From IMG/VR virus record IMGVR_UViG_3300026187_000035, positions 1 to 37,817 of that record: a stretch of DNA of 37,817 nt, one strand, 5' to 3'. Under the pieces are notes generated by a model. That model worked only from the letters and a program-made list of their open reading frames with translations, was not told the origin of the DNA and did not search any database. A program made the position numbers and the translations under genes. Each line of letters opens with the position of its first letter. Position 1 is the stretch's first letter. Below are positions 8,123 through 16,933 of this stretch, in pieces. Source of the DNA: a virus (lineage: Duplodnaviria; Caudoviricetes).

Positions 8123-8473
8123 ATGACGAAGAAAATAATAAAAACAGCAAATAGTCTTGATGATGGGATTAAAAATATGATTGATGCGATGGTCGAAGAC
8201 TACGGTATGTTTAGCACTACCACACTTAATAACAATATAGAAATGTTTAATCAATACAAAAATAGTTTTAAAATATTAAATGGTCGTAAGTTTATTAAGA
8301 TCATTAATGACAATAGTGTTAAAGCTTTTATTGTTAAAGAAGACTTTAAACATTTTAAAAAGGGAGATGTGTTAAAGGCGGCGAGTTGGAAAGCTCCCGC
8401 TTTAAATAAATCTAGAGGTAATGTATTAACCGGTAACTACGCGATCCAATGGACGGGTCCGTTATACTTATAA
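8123..8473 (+). CDS. Conserved phage hypothetical protein
   Basis: GGAGGAG RBS; KGDVLKAASWKAPA..RGN...WTGPLYL motif. Confidence 0.8.
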   Translation: MTKKIIKTANSLDDGIKNMIDAMVEDYGMFSTTTLNNNIEMFNQYKNSFKILNGRKFIKIINDNSVKAFIVKEDFKHFKKGDVLKAASWKAPALNKSRGNVLTGNYAIQWTGPLYL

Positions 8474-8506
8474 ATGTTGCTATCATCGGCGCGGAAAGGA
8501 GCTAAT

Positions 8507-8671
8507 ATGATTAAAGAATTATGGAACACTATACCATACAAATTACGATTTGCTTTAGAGTTAATCGGAGGTACGGTATTAGCATTAGGATTCATAGCAT
8601 CGATATACATGTTTTGTATTGTATTATGTGCAATGAGTGACAATTGTTATTATTATTATTTTCCGGTGTAA
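8507..8671 (+). CDS. Small TM protein
   Basis: AAAGGAG RBS; hydrophobic segment. Confidence 0.65.
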   Translation: MIKELWNTIPYKLRFALELIGGTVLALGFIASIYMFCIVLCAMSDNCYYYYFPV

Positions 8672-8689
8672 TTGGTACACCTATTAGAA
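8669..8689 (+). promoter_or_regulatory. Putative phage RNAP promoter (middle class)
   Basis: TAATTGGTACACCTATTAGAA; 18 of 21 positions are identical to the copy downstream of the RNAP gene (15944-15964). Confidence 0.7.
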
Positions 8690-8702
8690 CGCAAAGGATT
8701 TT

Positions 8703-8906
8703 ATGATAACAACACTATTAAAAATAACAGTAATACTCTTTGGACCGCAAGGTTTGGTATACGCTGATATACCACGCAATCTTACAATGGATTGTTTCGA
8801 TCAATGTGATGTTCTTAGAGAACAATACGCAACTTACAACGACAAAGCAAATGTTTGGGAAGTTACAGACAAGCAAGGGTTTTCTTTTGTTGGTTGTTAT
8901 TGTTAA
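8703..8906 (+). CDS. Hypothetical protein (4 Cys)
   Basis: AAAGGA RBS; ORF track. Confidence 0.65.
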   Translation: MITTLLKITVILFGPQGLVYADIPRNLTMDCFDQCDVLREQYATYNDKANVWEVTDKQGFSFVGCYC

Positions 8907-8921
8907 CATGGAGATAAACAA

Positions 8922-9905
8922 ATGAAAAAAGCAATAGCAAGTATACATTACGCAATATCAAAAAGTCAATACTCGCATCGAGGAAGTTGGCCAAGAATAT
9001 GGGGTAAACTCACAAACTCGACTATCATCGGCGCGAATGACGATTGGAAAAATTATGATATGATTTTACTGTATCATGGTATGGAATGGAGTGGTGCCTT
9101 AAATATGTTTGGAGGCGCAAAAGATCCATCGCCGTTTCAAAAGTTTCTTGACGCAAAGAATGGATTTATGTCATTAGATATACCTTGTCCAGATTTCGGT
9201 GCGCTTGGTAAAGCAAGATGTTCAAGTGGTTCTAAAGAATGGAATGATTTCGATTGGAATGCACTTACTGAAAAATGTAGAAATATGCCTGTTGTTCGTA
9301 TGCACAAATTAGGCTTACAAAGTTTAATTGTCGGAGACAGCCATGCTAATTCGGTTTGGATGCCCGATACAATGGTTGATCGTAATGATGCAAAGACTTT
9401 GCATGGCGCGTTACAATATAGATTAGTTAATTATGTAAGACCGTATATTGCGCATTTAGTAGATGGTAAAAGTAATTTAAAACATATTACATTTTACTTT
9501 GGTAACATAGACATTCGTCATCATATTTTAAGACGAAGAATGCCGACAAGAACTTTACATGTATTGTTAAGAGAATACGAAAAACAAATACAAGAAGTTG
9601 TGGCTGAGTTTAAAATACCAAGTATAGAAGTTGTGTGTCCGTTGCCGATTGAAAATGTATCAAGACGTATACCTAAAACAGGTTGGTATAAAAACACACC
9701 GTATTTTGGTTCACAAGAAGACCGCCAACATCTTGTAGACCACATGACACAACAAATAGAACGCTTTACTCATAAACATGGATGGAAGTGTTACAAACAC
9801 CCAAAAGCTTTCTTGAATGATCAAAAAGAATTATCATTCGATGTAATGGAAAAACCTCAGTCAGTGCACATAGCACCTAAGTTTTATCGAGGTCCATTAT
9901 GTTAA
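8922..9905 (+). CDS. Two-domain protein with SGNH-like C-terminal domain; putative DNA-modification enzyme
   Basis: IVGDSHA, FYFGNIDIRHH and a terminal SVH resemble SGNH blocks; first gene of an overlapping three-gene operon. Confidence 0.55.
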   Translation: MKKAIASIHYAISKSQYSHRGSWPRIWGKLTNSTIIGANDDWKNYDMILLYHGMEWSGALNMFGGAKDPSPFQKFLDAKNGFMSLDIPCPDFGALGKARCSSGSKEWNDFDWNALTEKCRNMPVVRMHKLGLQSLIVGDSHANSVWMPDTMVDRNDAKTLHGALQYRLVNYVRPYIAHLVDGKSNLKHITFYFGNIDIRHHILRRRMPTRTLHVLLREYEKQIQEVVAEFKIPSIEVVCPLPIENVSRRIPKTGWYKNTPYFGSQEDRQHLVDHMTQQIERFTHKHGWKCYKHPKAFLNDQKELSFDVMEKPQSVHIAPKFYRGPLC

Positions 9906-10861
9906 GGACTAATTTTGTAAACGATTTTATGTCCTACTATCATCGAGCAAAAATCCTGCAAGATCGTAACAATGGGTTACTTCCTCCCTCAACTCTTTGC
10001 AACGATCCTTTGCAGGATAACGTAACAATTTATAATTGTGTAAATCGTCGATACGCAGGGTTTTCAAATGTACTTGAAGACTTAACATATGGTGATGAAT
10101 CACCTGCACAAAAACGATATAAAAAATATGTATTTCCTTTGAGAGAGTGGTTATACTTATATTTATTCCACAGAATGACCGGGTCAGGTGCGAGCTTCGG
10201 ACCTAAAGATCATGGTTATCGGAATAGTATAGCCGCCAAAGTGGCCGAACAAGGTACACTTGAAAAAATGGTCGACTATATTAAAGCTTTCGAGGGCGTA
10301 ATGTTCACGTCACTAGGAAACCAGATTCCTCCCTTTCCAAAGCCGTCGGGATCTGGATATAAAACTGGTGGCAAACTATACTTGTGCGAATACGCACCAA
10401 GATTAGTTGATGACGTCCTCGAATGGTTTCAAAATTGGCAAGTACGTGGAATAAAAGAAGCTGTAGATTTCTGTTTAAATTGGCATGTAAAGAATGGTCT
10501 TAAAAGATACCATTTTGTTTTAACTGCATTTGTAATGGATATTGCAGAATATCAACCTCAACTCGTGGATCCTGATAGTCATTGTTATTATGGTTCTAAT
10601 TGTATTCGAGGTTTTGATTTGATGTACGTCAACGACGAAAAAATTAAGAAACAATTTTGGTACGAACAATGTATGCAAGATCTTGTAGATCTAACAGGCA
10701 ACCAACCATACTCGCTTGAAGATGTAGTTTGTGACGCAGTTAGATATTGGGGAAATTATGTTCCAAAAGGATATGAACACTTACAACCACATCAAATAAC
10801 AAGATTGTCTAAATTAAAAATAGAAGGAAATAAGAATGGGTTATTCAGAACATTTAATTGA
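9899..10861 (+). CDS. Putative amino acid:DNA transferase (aGPT-Pplase-like, HhH-glycosylase-related fold)
   Basis: DPLQDNVTIYNCVNRR recalls the DP.L....F.NV.R motif, and LEDVVCDAVRY recalls the E..LCE..KY motif of that family; adjacent to a PLP enzyme. Confidence 0.6.
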   Translation: MLRTNFVNDFMSYYHRAKILQDRNNGLLPPSTLCNDPLQDNVTIYNCVNRRYAGFSNVLEDLTYGDESPAQKRYKKYVFPLREWLYLYLFHRMTGSGASFGPKDHGYRNSIAAKVAEQGTLEKMVDYIKAFEGVMFTSLGNQIPPFPKPSGSGYKTGGKLYLCEYAPRLVDDVLEWFQNWQVRGIKEAVDFCLNWHVKNGLKRYHFVLTAFVMDIAEYQPQLVDPDSHCYYGSNCIRGFDLMYVNDEKIKKQFWYEQCMQDLVDLTGNQPYSLEDVVCDAVRYWGNYVPKGYEHLQPHQITRLSKLKIEGNKNGLFRTFN

Positions 10862-11651
10862 CGGAATAAATAAAGATATAAATTTACAGTTTCCAAATGC
10901 ACAATCGTATTTGGATTTGGTTAAGGATTATGAAAGTCCTTATCCAGCACCGAAGATCGTTGAACATGAAGGTATTAACGTGGTTCGTGAAGACTTATTA
11001 GAAGTCGGAACAAAAGCACGAGCGATACATTACAGAATGTCGAAGCTTAACGCTACACACGTTGTTTATGTACAACCGAGATTTGGTTATGCGGGAATCT
11101 CTTTGTCATGGTTGGCAAGAAAATGGGGAAAAACTTGTGTGTTGTTTGTTCCTGAATCTAAAGAAATAACACCACATGTTCAGCGATGTATAGACTACGG
11201 AGCTGAGGTTTATTTTAAAAAGATTTATGGTATGAATGGACTACGCAAATCTGCACGTGAATACTGCGAGAACAATCCTTCTTCATATTATTTCCAACCA
11301 GGACTTAGAGATGACCCAACTATCATCGCTTGTCTTGTGAAGGCTATGTTACAAATGAACATAAAACCAAAAGAGATGTGGTCAGTTGTATCAACCGGTG
11401 TTTTACAAAGATCAATGCAAATAGCTTGGCCTGATTGTGAGTTTCATGCAGTTGCAGTAGCAAGAAATATGAAAGCAGGTGAATTAGGAAAAGCAAAAGT
11501 TTATTCTCACCCGATGGCGTTTACTACTTACGAGAATAAAAAATTTTTACCACCATTTCCGTCGGCTCCAAACTATGACGCCAAAGCTTGGAGATTTATT
11601 AAAAAGTATGCTTCCGATGGCGCATATTTTTGGAATGTAGCAGGTTATTAA
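10836..11651 (+). CDS. PLP-dependent enzyme, fold type II (Trp synthase beta / ACC deaminase-like)
   Basis: VVREDLLEVGTKAR (Schiff-base Lys), GYAGISL, YGAEV, VSTGVL, NYDAKAW, FWNVAG. Confidence 0.85.
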   Translation: MGYSEHLIDGINKDINLQFPNAQSYLDLVKDYESPYPAPKIVEHEGINVVREDLLEVGTKARAIHYRMSKLNATHVVYVQPRFGYAGISLSWLARKWGKTCVLFVPESKEITPHVQRCIDYGAEVYFKKIYGMNGLRKSAREYCENNPSSYYFQPGLRDDPTIIACLVKAMLQMNIKPKEMWSVVSTGVLQRSMQIAWPDCEFHAVAVARNMKAGELGKAKVYSHPMAFTTYENKKFLPPFPSAPNYDAKAWRFIKKYASDGAYFWNVAGY

Positions 11652-11825
11652 ATGTCAGAACAAAACGCACAATTAAAAATAATTCAATTAGAAAAAGAAT
11701 TAGATAAAGTAATTGATGAAAATATTGATTTAAAAGCTAAATTAAAAAGCGCAAATGAAATAAATTACAAAGAAAAATATTTAGCATTAAAAGATAAAAT
11801 GAAATTGGTAATATACGATGAATAG
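11652..11825 (+). CDS. Small coiled-coil protein, 57 aa (not in ORF track)
   Basis: MSEQNAQLKIIQLEKELDKVIDENIDLKAKLK...; fills the gap exactly. Confidence 0.65.
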   Translation: MSEQNAQLKIIQLEKELDKVIDENIDLKAKLKSANEINYKEKYLALKDKMKLVIYDE

Positions 11826-12018
11826 AAGAGAAACAATTGCATTATTAAATAGTCTTGGTTTGGCATTTTATGGCCAACAAGAGCATTTTGTTAATTTTAT
11901 TAGAGAAAATCCTAAGGATCCCATAGTAAGGAAGTTATGTACATTGGGCAAATTAAGATTAAAATTAAAAACATCAGTGTTTCAATTACACAGAGATATA
12001 CAATGGGGGAGATTATGA
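11818..12018 (+). CDS. Hypothetical protein
   Basis: ORF track; overlaps its neighbours at both ends. Confidence 0.6.
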   Translation: MNRRETIALLNSLGLAFYGQQEHFVNFIRENPKDPIVRKLCTLGKLRLKLKTSVFQLHRDIQWGRL

Positions 12019-12437
12019 GTTTTTGGTCAGATATAGAAGCATTCCATAAAAAGTTTGGTTGGCGGCAACAGAAAAAACCAGCAATTCCACAAGTAAGAAC
12101 TGATTTAATTACATTTAGAATAAAATTTATTGAAGAAGAATTAAACGAATTAAAAGTAGCGATTGCTAAAAACAAAACAGATGATGCGTTAGACGCTTTA
12201 GTTGATTTAACTTATGTTATTATTGGTACAGCTTGGTTATTTAATTTACCATTTAATTCTGCTTGGAAAGCTGTGCATAAAGCTAACATGAAAAAAGTTA
12301 GAGGTAGATCTAAACGTAGTTATTATTATGATTGTATTAAACCAAAAGGTTGGCAATCGCCTGATATACAAAAAGTTATAGATCAACATAAAAATAAATT
12401 AAAGGAGAGAGATAATGCCAGTAAGACAAAGAGGTAA
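12015..12437 (+). CDS. MazG-like all-alpha nucleoside triphosphate pyrophosphohydrolase
   Basis: AFHKKF...RIKFIEEELNEL...DALVDLTYVIIG...VHKANMKK...KPKGW; GGGGAG RBS before MSFWSD. Confidence 0.85.
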   Translation: MSFWSDIEAFHKKFGWRQQKKPAIPQVRTDLITFRIKFIEEELNELKVAIAKNKTDDALDALVDLTYVIIGTAWLFNLPFNSAWKAVHKANMKKVRGRSKRSYYYDCIKPKGWQSPDIQKVIDQHKNKLKERDNASKTKR

Positions 12438-13428
12438 AGATTCATACCAAGTTGATGTGACACACGACGGCAAAAGGTTTCGTGAAAGTTTTAATGGAAC
12501 AAAAAGCAACGCAGACATTATTTCTGCTGTTGTTTTAGATTGCATGAAACATAATAAAGATATTAAAAGTGAATTACAAAAATTAAATCCATTAAAATAC
12601 TCTGTACTATCATTGCAAAATTTGTTAAGAAAAACTACAGATCGTTATTGGTATAATACAGATGTAAAACAATTGTATAATGCAAACAATGTTGTAGACT
12701 TAATCGGAAAAAATACTGATGTTAATAATATAGATGAAACTACTATTGATGATTTAGTAAATATTTTAAAAGATCAAGGGAATTCTAATGGAACTATAAA
12801 TAGAAAATTAGCATCATTATCTAAAATGTTAACGTTTGCACATAAAAGAAAATATATACCTGCTAAACCAGTTATAGAATGGCTTAAAGAAGGCAAAGGT
12901 AGAACTAGATTTTTTTCACTTGATGAAGAAAATAAAATATTAGACATATTGTTTAACGCAGAATTTTTTTACTTTTTAGATTTTGTAATTGTATTAATAG
13001 ATACAGGTTTAAGAAAAACCGAATTATTAAATGCTTGTAAAACTGATATTGTAAATGGTAATTTATCCGTGTATGAAACTAAAAATGAAAAACCTAGAAC
13101 TATACCTTTAACAAAAAGAGTTCAAGAAATATTTTTAAAATATACAACTAAATATCCTTTTGCTGATTTAAAAGATTCAGATATTAGATTTCAATGGAAT
13201 TATGTGCGTGAAAAAATGGGTTTGTTACAAGACAAACAATTTGTATTACATGCGTGTAGACATACTTGCGCATCTAGACTTGTACAAAGAGGCGTCTCTT
13301 TGCAAGTGGTCAAAGAATGGCTTGGCCATAAAAATATAAATCAAACATTGACTTACGCACATCTTGCGCCAAAAAATTTACAAGATGCTGTTAAAGTGTT
13401 GGAGGCAGATTATGACATAAATACATAA
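12415..13428 (+). CDS. int: Tyrosine integrase
   Basis: TINRKLASL, DTGLRKTE (R), TKN (K), HACRH (HxxR), LGH, TLTYAH (Y): complete catalytic set; N-terminal arm-binding-like domain. Confidence 0.95.
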   Translation: MPVRQRGKDSYQVDVTHDGKRFRESFNGTKSNADIISAVVLDCMKHNKDIKSELQKLNPLKYSVLSLQNLLRKTTDRYWYNTDVKQLYNANNVVDLIGKNTDVNNIDETTIDDLVNILKDQGNSNGTINRKLASLSKMLTFAHKRKYIPAKPVIEWLKEGKGRTRFFSLDEENKILDILFNAEFFYFLDFVIVLIDTGLRKTELLNACKTDIVNGNLSVYETKNEKPRTIPLTKRVQEIFLKYTTKYPFADLKDSDIRFQWNYVREKMGLLQDKQFVLHACRHTCASRLVQRGVSLQVVKEWLGHKNINQTLTYAHLAPKNLQDAVKVLEADYDINT

Positions 13429-13476
13429 ACAAATAAGAGTGTGCAGTCTGATAGTTACTGCGCATTCTTTTGTTTT
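13427..13476 (+). terminator. Stem-loop between integrase and RNAP (terminator or RNase III site)
   Basis: AAGAGTGTGCAGT (13435-13447) pairs with ACTGCGCATTCTT (13457-13469) using two G:U pairs; a T-rich tract follows. Confidence 0.6.
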
Positions 13477-13511
13477 AAACTATTTGTATCAATGTATAAA
13501 AGGGAGCAATC

Positions 13512-15926
13512 ATGCAACATAACTTAGAGCGCAGACAATTAGAGCTTGAAGAAGAATCAAGACTGAACGGTGGTAAACGTGAAACAGATCGTGTTATTAA
13601 ACACGCAGAAAAAAAATCAGAATCTTTGACTCCATACGGAAAACGTATTACATCCGCGACAGTTAAAGAAGTAGCAACAGGAATAACAGACAGATTAAGT
13701 GTGGTGCAATCAGGACCAAAACTTATATCAGATGAATTACTAAAGAAAATAGATCCTTTAGTTGCATCTACTATCACTATACGATTTATAATCGACGCTA
13801 TAAGTACAAAAGATAGAAAATTTACAGCAACAGCAATTGCGTTAGGTGGTAAAATAGAAGACGAAATATGGTCTACAGGTATGTATGATAAAGAACCATA
13901 TTTAATAGATAAAGTATTAAAAGATATTGACAGCAGATCAGTGCATTATGGGTATAAAAAGTATAAGTTAAGTCAACAAAAAGATAAAGTTAATTTTCAA
14001 TGGACACCTTGGACAACAAGAGAAAAACTCCATGTAGGTGAAGCATTGTTTCAAGTATTTATAGAAAAAACAGGTTTAGTAAGTATTAAATCAAAACCAC
14101 ACAGAGGTAAAACGTACAATGTTATTGTGTGTGAACCTAAAACTTTAGAATGGATTAATAATTCTAAAAAGTTTAATGAGTTTTTAAACCCAGAACATTT
14201 TCCAATGATTGTTCAACCAACAGACTGGACTAATCCATTTAATGGTGGTTACAGAAACACAAAAGGAATATATTTAGTTAAAGGACATAGAATAACTTCC
14301 CATATGAATTACTTGGAAGAGTTAAAACAATATGATATGCCTGAAGTTTATAATTCTATAAATGATTTACAAAAAACAAGATGGAAAGTTAATAGAAATA
14401 TTTTGTTAGTACTTAATACTTGTTACAATTATGGTAATAGAAGTAGAGGTAAATTAATTAATAATGAATTATTAGATTTACCACCTAAACCACACGACAT
14501 TGCAACAAACAAAGTATCATTAAAAAAATGGAAAGCTAAAGCTGTTGCTGTTTATACTGCTAATGAAAGAACTAAATCAAAACGTTTAGGTTTAGCAAAG
14601 ACAATACACTTAGCAAATAAATTTGAAAAAGAAGATGCAATATATTTTGTGTGGACATTAGACTTTAGAGGTAGAGCATATCCAGTTCCACCATACTTAA
14701 ATCCACAAGGTCCAGATTTTGCTAAAGCTTTATTATTATTTGCTGATGGATTACCATTAGGAAAAGACGGAGTAAGATATTTAGCAATACATATCGCAAA
14801 CTTATATGGTCAAGATAAATTATCTTTAGACGAACGTGTTAAATGGACTTTTGATCATTCAGAAATAATTAAGAATTGTGGTGACGAACCATTTAAACAT
14901 AATTTTTGGGAAGATGCAGAAGAACCATTTCAATTTTTAGCTGCGTGTATTGAATGGGCAGGTTATTTAAAACATGGAGAAAAATTTGTTTCTCATTTAC
15001 CATTACACTCAGACGGTTCTTGTAATGGTCTTCAACATTTTAGTGCAATGTTAAGAGATGAAGTAGGTGGAGAAGCTGTTAATTTATTACCAACAGATAG
15101 ACCAAAAGATATATATGGTATGGTGTCTAAAGTTGTAGAAGATAAATTAGAAAAAGATGAATCAGAGAAAAAATGGATTGCTAGTGAATGGAATGAATAT
15201 GGTATTGATAGGAAAGCTTGTAAAAGATCTGTTATGACTTTGCCATATGGATCTACGCGATACTCTGCGACTGAATTTGTAGACGAATATATACAAAAAA
15301 GATTAGATAATAAAGAAGACCTGCAGTTTCAAAATAGACAACAAGCGGCGATTTATTTAGCAGGTAATATATGGGATTCAATTGGTGAAGTAGTTGTAAA
15401 AGCTCCTGAAGCAATGGAGTGGTTGCAAAAAGTTGCACGATTATGTGCAGAACAAAAAACACCAGTCTTTTGGGTAACACCATTAGGGTTTCCAGTACGT
15501 CAAGCTTATTATTCACAAGCTGAAACTGTATTGAAAACTAGAATGATGGGTAGAATAAGAATCAGGTCTACAACAAACAAAGTAGATAAGAGAAGACAAG
15601 CAAATGGTATATCACCAAACTTTGTCCATTCTCTTGATGCTACAGTTATGTTGTTGACTGTTGCTTACGCTAAACAAAAAGGCATTGTGGATTTTGCGAT
15701 GGTCCACGATTCTTTTGGAACTCTTGCGGCAAATCAAAAAAAGTTAAATGATTGTTTACGTCAGGCTTTTGTTGATATGTACACACAAATAGATCCATTA
15801 GAAGTTTTTCTGCAACATGCTCATGCATTAATACCAGAAAAATTGCATCACAAAATACCTGAGTTACCAAAAAAAGGTAAGTTAGATATAAATAAAGTGT
15901 TAGAGGCTGACTATTTTTTCAGTTAA
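13512..15926 (+). CDS. T7-like single-subunit RNA polymerase
   Basis: DFRGRAY, DGSCNGLQH, RKACKRSVMTLPYG, PNFVHSLDA, HDSF, terminal YFFS. Confidence 0.98.
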   Translation: MQHNLERRQLELEEESRLNGGKRETDRVIKHAEKKSESLTPYGKRITSATVKEVATGITDRLSVVQSGPKLISDELLKKIDPLVASTITIRFIIDAISTKDRKFTATAIALGGKIEDEIWSTGMYDKEPYLIDKVLKDIDSRSVHYGYKKYKLSQQKDKVNFQWTPWTTREKLHVGEALFQVFIEKTGLVSIKSKPHRGKTYNVIVCEPKTLEWINNSKKFNEFLNPEHFPMIVQPTDWTNPFNGGYRNTKGIYLVKGHRITSHMNYLEELKQYDMPEVYNSINDLQKTRWKVNRNILLVLNTCYNYGNRSRGKLINNELLDLPPKPHDIATNKVSLKKWKAKAVAVYTANERTKSKRLGLAKTIHLANKFEKEDAIYFVWTLDFRGRAYPVPPYLNPQGPDFAKALLLFADGLPLGKDGVRYLAIHIANLYGQDKLSLDERVKWTFDHSEIIKNCGDEPFKHNFWEDAEEPFQFLAACIEWAGYLKHGEKFVSHLPLHSDGSCNGLQHFSAMLRDEVGGEAVNLLPTDRPKDIYGMVSKVVEDKLEKDESEKKWIASEWNEYGIDRKACKRSVMTLPYGSTRYSATEFVDEYIQKRLDNKEDLQFQNRQQAAIYLAGNIWDSIGEVVVKAPEAMEWLQKVARLCAEQKTPVFWVTPLGFPVRQAYYSQAETVLKTRMMGRIRIRSTTNKVDKRRQANGISPNFVHSLDATVMLLTVAYAKQKGIVDFAMVHDSFGTLAANQKKLNDCLRQAFVDMYTQIDPLEVFLQHAHALIPEKLHHKIPELPKKGKLDINKVLEADYFFS

Positions 15927-15943
15927 TCTATACACTAGTGTAT

Positions 15944-15964
15944 TAATAGGTACACTTATTAGTA
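15944..15964 (+). promoter_or_regulatory. Putative phage RNAP promoter (middle class) for replication genes
   Basis: TAATAGGTACACTTATTAGTA directly after the RNAP gene, the usual position. Confidence 0.7.
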
Positions 15965-15990
15965 ACTATAGAACATAAAGGATAATAACT

Positions 15991-16539
15991 ATGGACGACA
16001 AATATGTTAAACTTGTGACACCCAAAGGAACAGCTAAATATCCGTGGCTTACAAAAGCGGATACAAAGTTTAATCCAGACGGAGTATACAAAACAGATCT
16101 TCTGCTATCATCAGAAGACGCAAAACCTTTAGCGGCTAAAATAAAAGATATGTTTGCTAAACATTTTCCAAAAGGTAAAGGTAAAATGCCTTACTTTAAG
16201 GAACTTGACGATCAAGAAAAAGAAACTGGTAATATTGTATTTAGATTTAAAACTAAAAACAAACCAGCGTTGTTCGATTCAGACGGCAAACCATTACATA
16301 ATATAAATGTATTTGGTGGATCACAAGTAAAAGTTTCTGCTACCGCAGCACCTTATAGTGCGGCAGGTAATAATGGAATAACTTTGTACTTAAATGCCGT
16401 ACAAATAATTGAATTAGTAAGTGGAAGTGGTGGTGATTCTGGAGGTTTCGGATTTACTGCTGAACAAGGTTACAAACACAGTGGAGAGACTGATCAACCA
16501 AAAGATGAAGGCTCTTCAAATGACTTGGACGACTTTTAA
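15991..16539 (+). CDS. Single-stranded DNA-binding protein (T7 gp2.5-like)
   Basis: TPKGTAKYPWL..D..F, GGS..KV, L.AVQIIEL, acidic tail ending DDF. Confidence 0.93.
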   Translation: MDDKYVKLVTPKGTAKYPWLTKADTKFNPDGVYKTDLLLSSEDAKPLAAKIKDMFAKHFPKGKGKMPYFKELDDQEKETGNIVFRFKTKNKPALFDSDGKPLHNINVFGGSQVKVSATAAPYSAAGNNGITLYLNAVQIIELVSGSGGDSGGFGFTAEQGYKHSGETDQPKDEGSSNDLDDF

Positions 16540-16933
16540 TTCAAAGACAACAAAGAACGCAAGGAAATTAGGATTTAGATCGGGATTTGAAGTGAGGATT
16601 GCATCACAATTGGATAAAATGAAAGTAAATTATCAGTATGAAGTATTGAAAGTTTCTTACACACGTCCACAGAAGCAAACTACTTACACTCCCGATTTTG
16701 TCCTACCAAATAAAATTATTATTGAGGCAAAAGGTTTGTTTAGTACTAAAGACAGACAAAAACATTTATTAATACAAAAACAAAATCCAAAATTAGATAT
16801 TAGATTTGTATTTAGTAATTCAAAATTAAAATTAAATAAAAAATCCAAGACAACATATGGCATGTGGTGTGAAACTCATGGATTCAAATATGCAGATGAA
16901 AATGTACCAAAGGAGTGGATCGATGCTAAATAA
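16520..16933 (+). CDS. Endonuclease I / Holliday junction resolvase (T7 gp3-like)
   Basis: FRSGFE, YTPDFVLPN.IIIEAKG, DRQKHL, DIRFVF. Confidence 0.95.
   Translation: MTWTTFNSKTTKNARKLGFRSGFEVRIASQLDKMKVNYQYEVLKVSYTRPQKQTTYTPDFVLPNKIIIEAKGLFSTKDRQKHLLIQKQNPKLDIRFVFSNSKLKLNKKSKTTYGMWCETHGFKYADENVPKEWIDAK

Noticed and set aside
8740-8925. Alternative-frame ORF overlapping 8703-8906
   Set aside because: The 8703 ORF has the RBS and follows the promoter; the alternative frame has no support.
10836-11651. PLP enzyme as a cysteine synthase auxiliary metabolic gene
   Set aside because: It lacks the NPxGSVKDR signature, and the overlap with a DNA-transferase-like gene favours a role in base modification.
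13441-13450. TGCAGTC as a tRNA-Cys-derived attP core
   Set aside because: A match of about 7 bp is not significant, and the sequence is explained by the hairpin.
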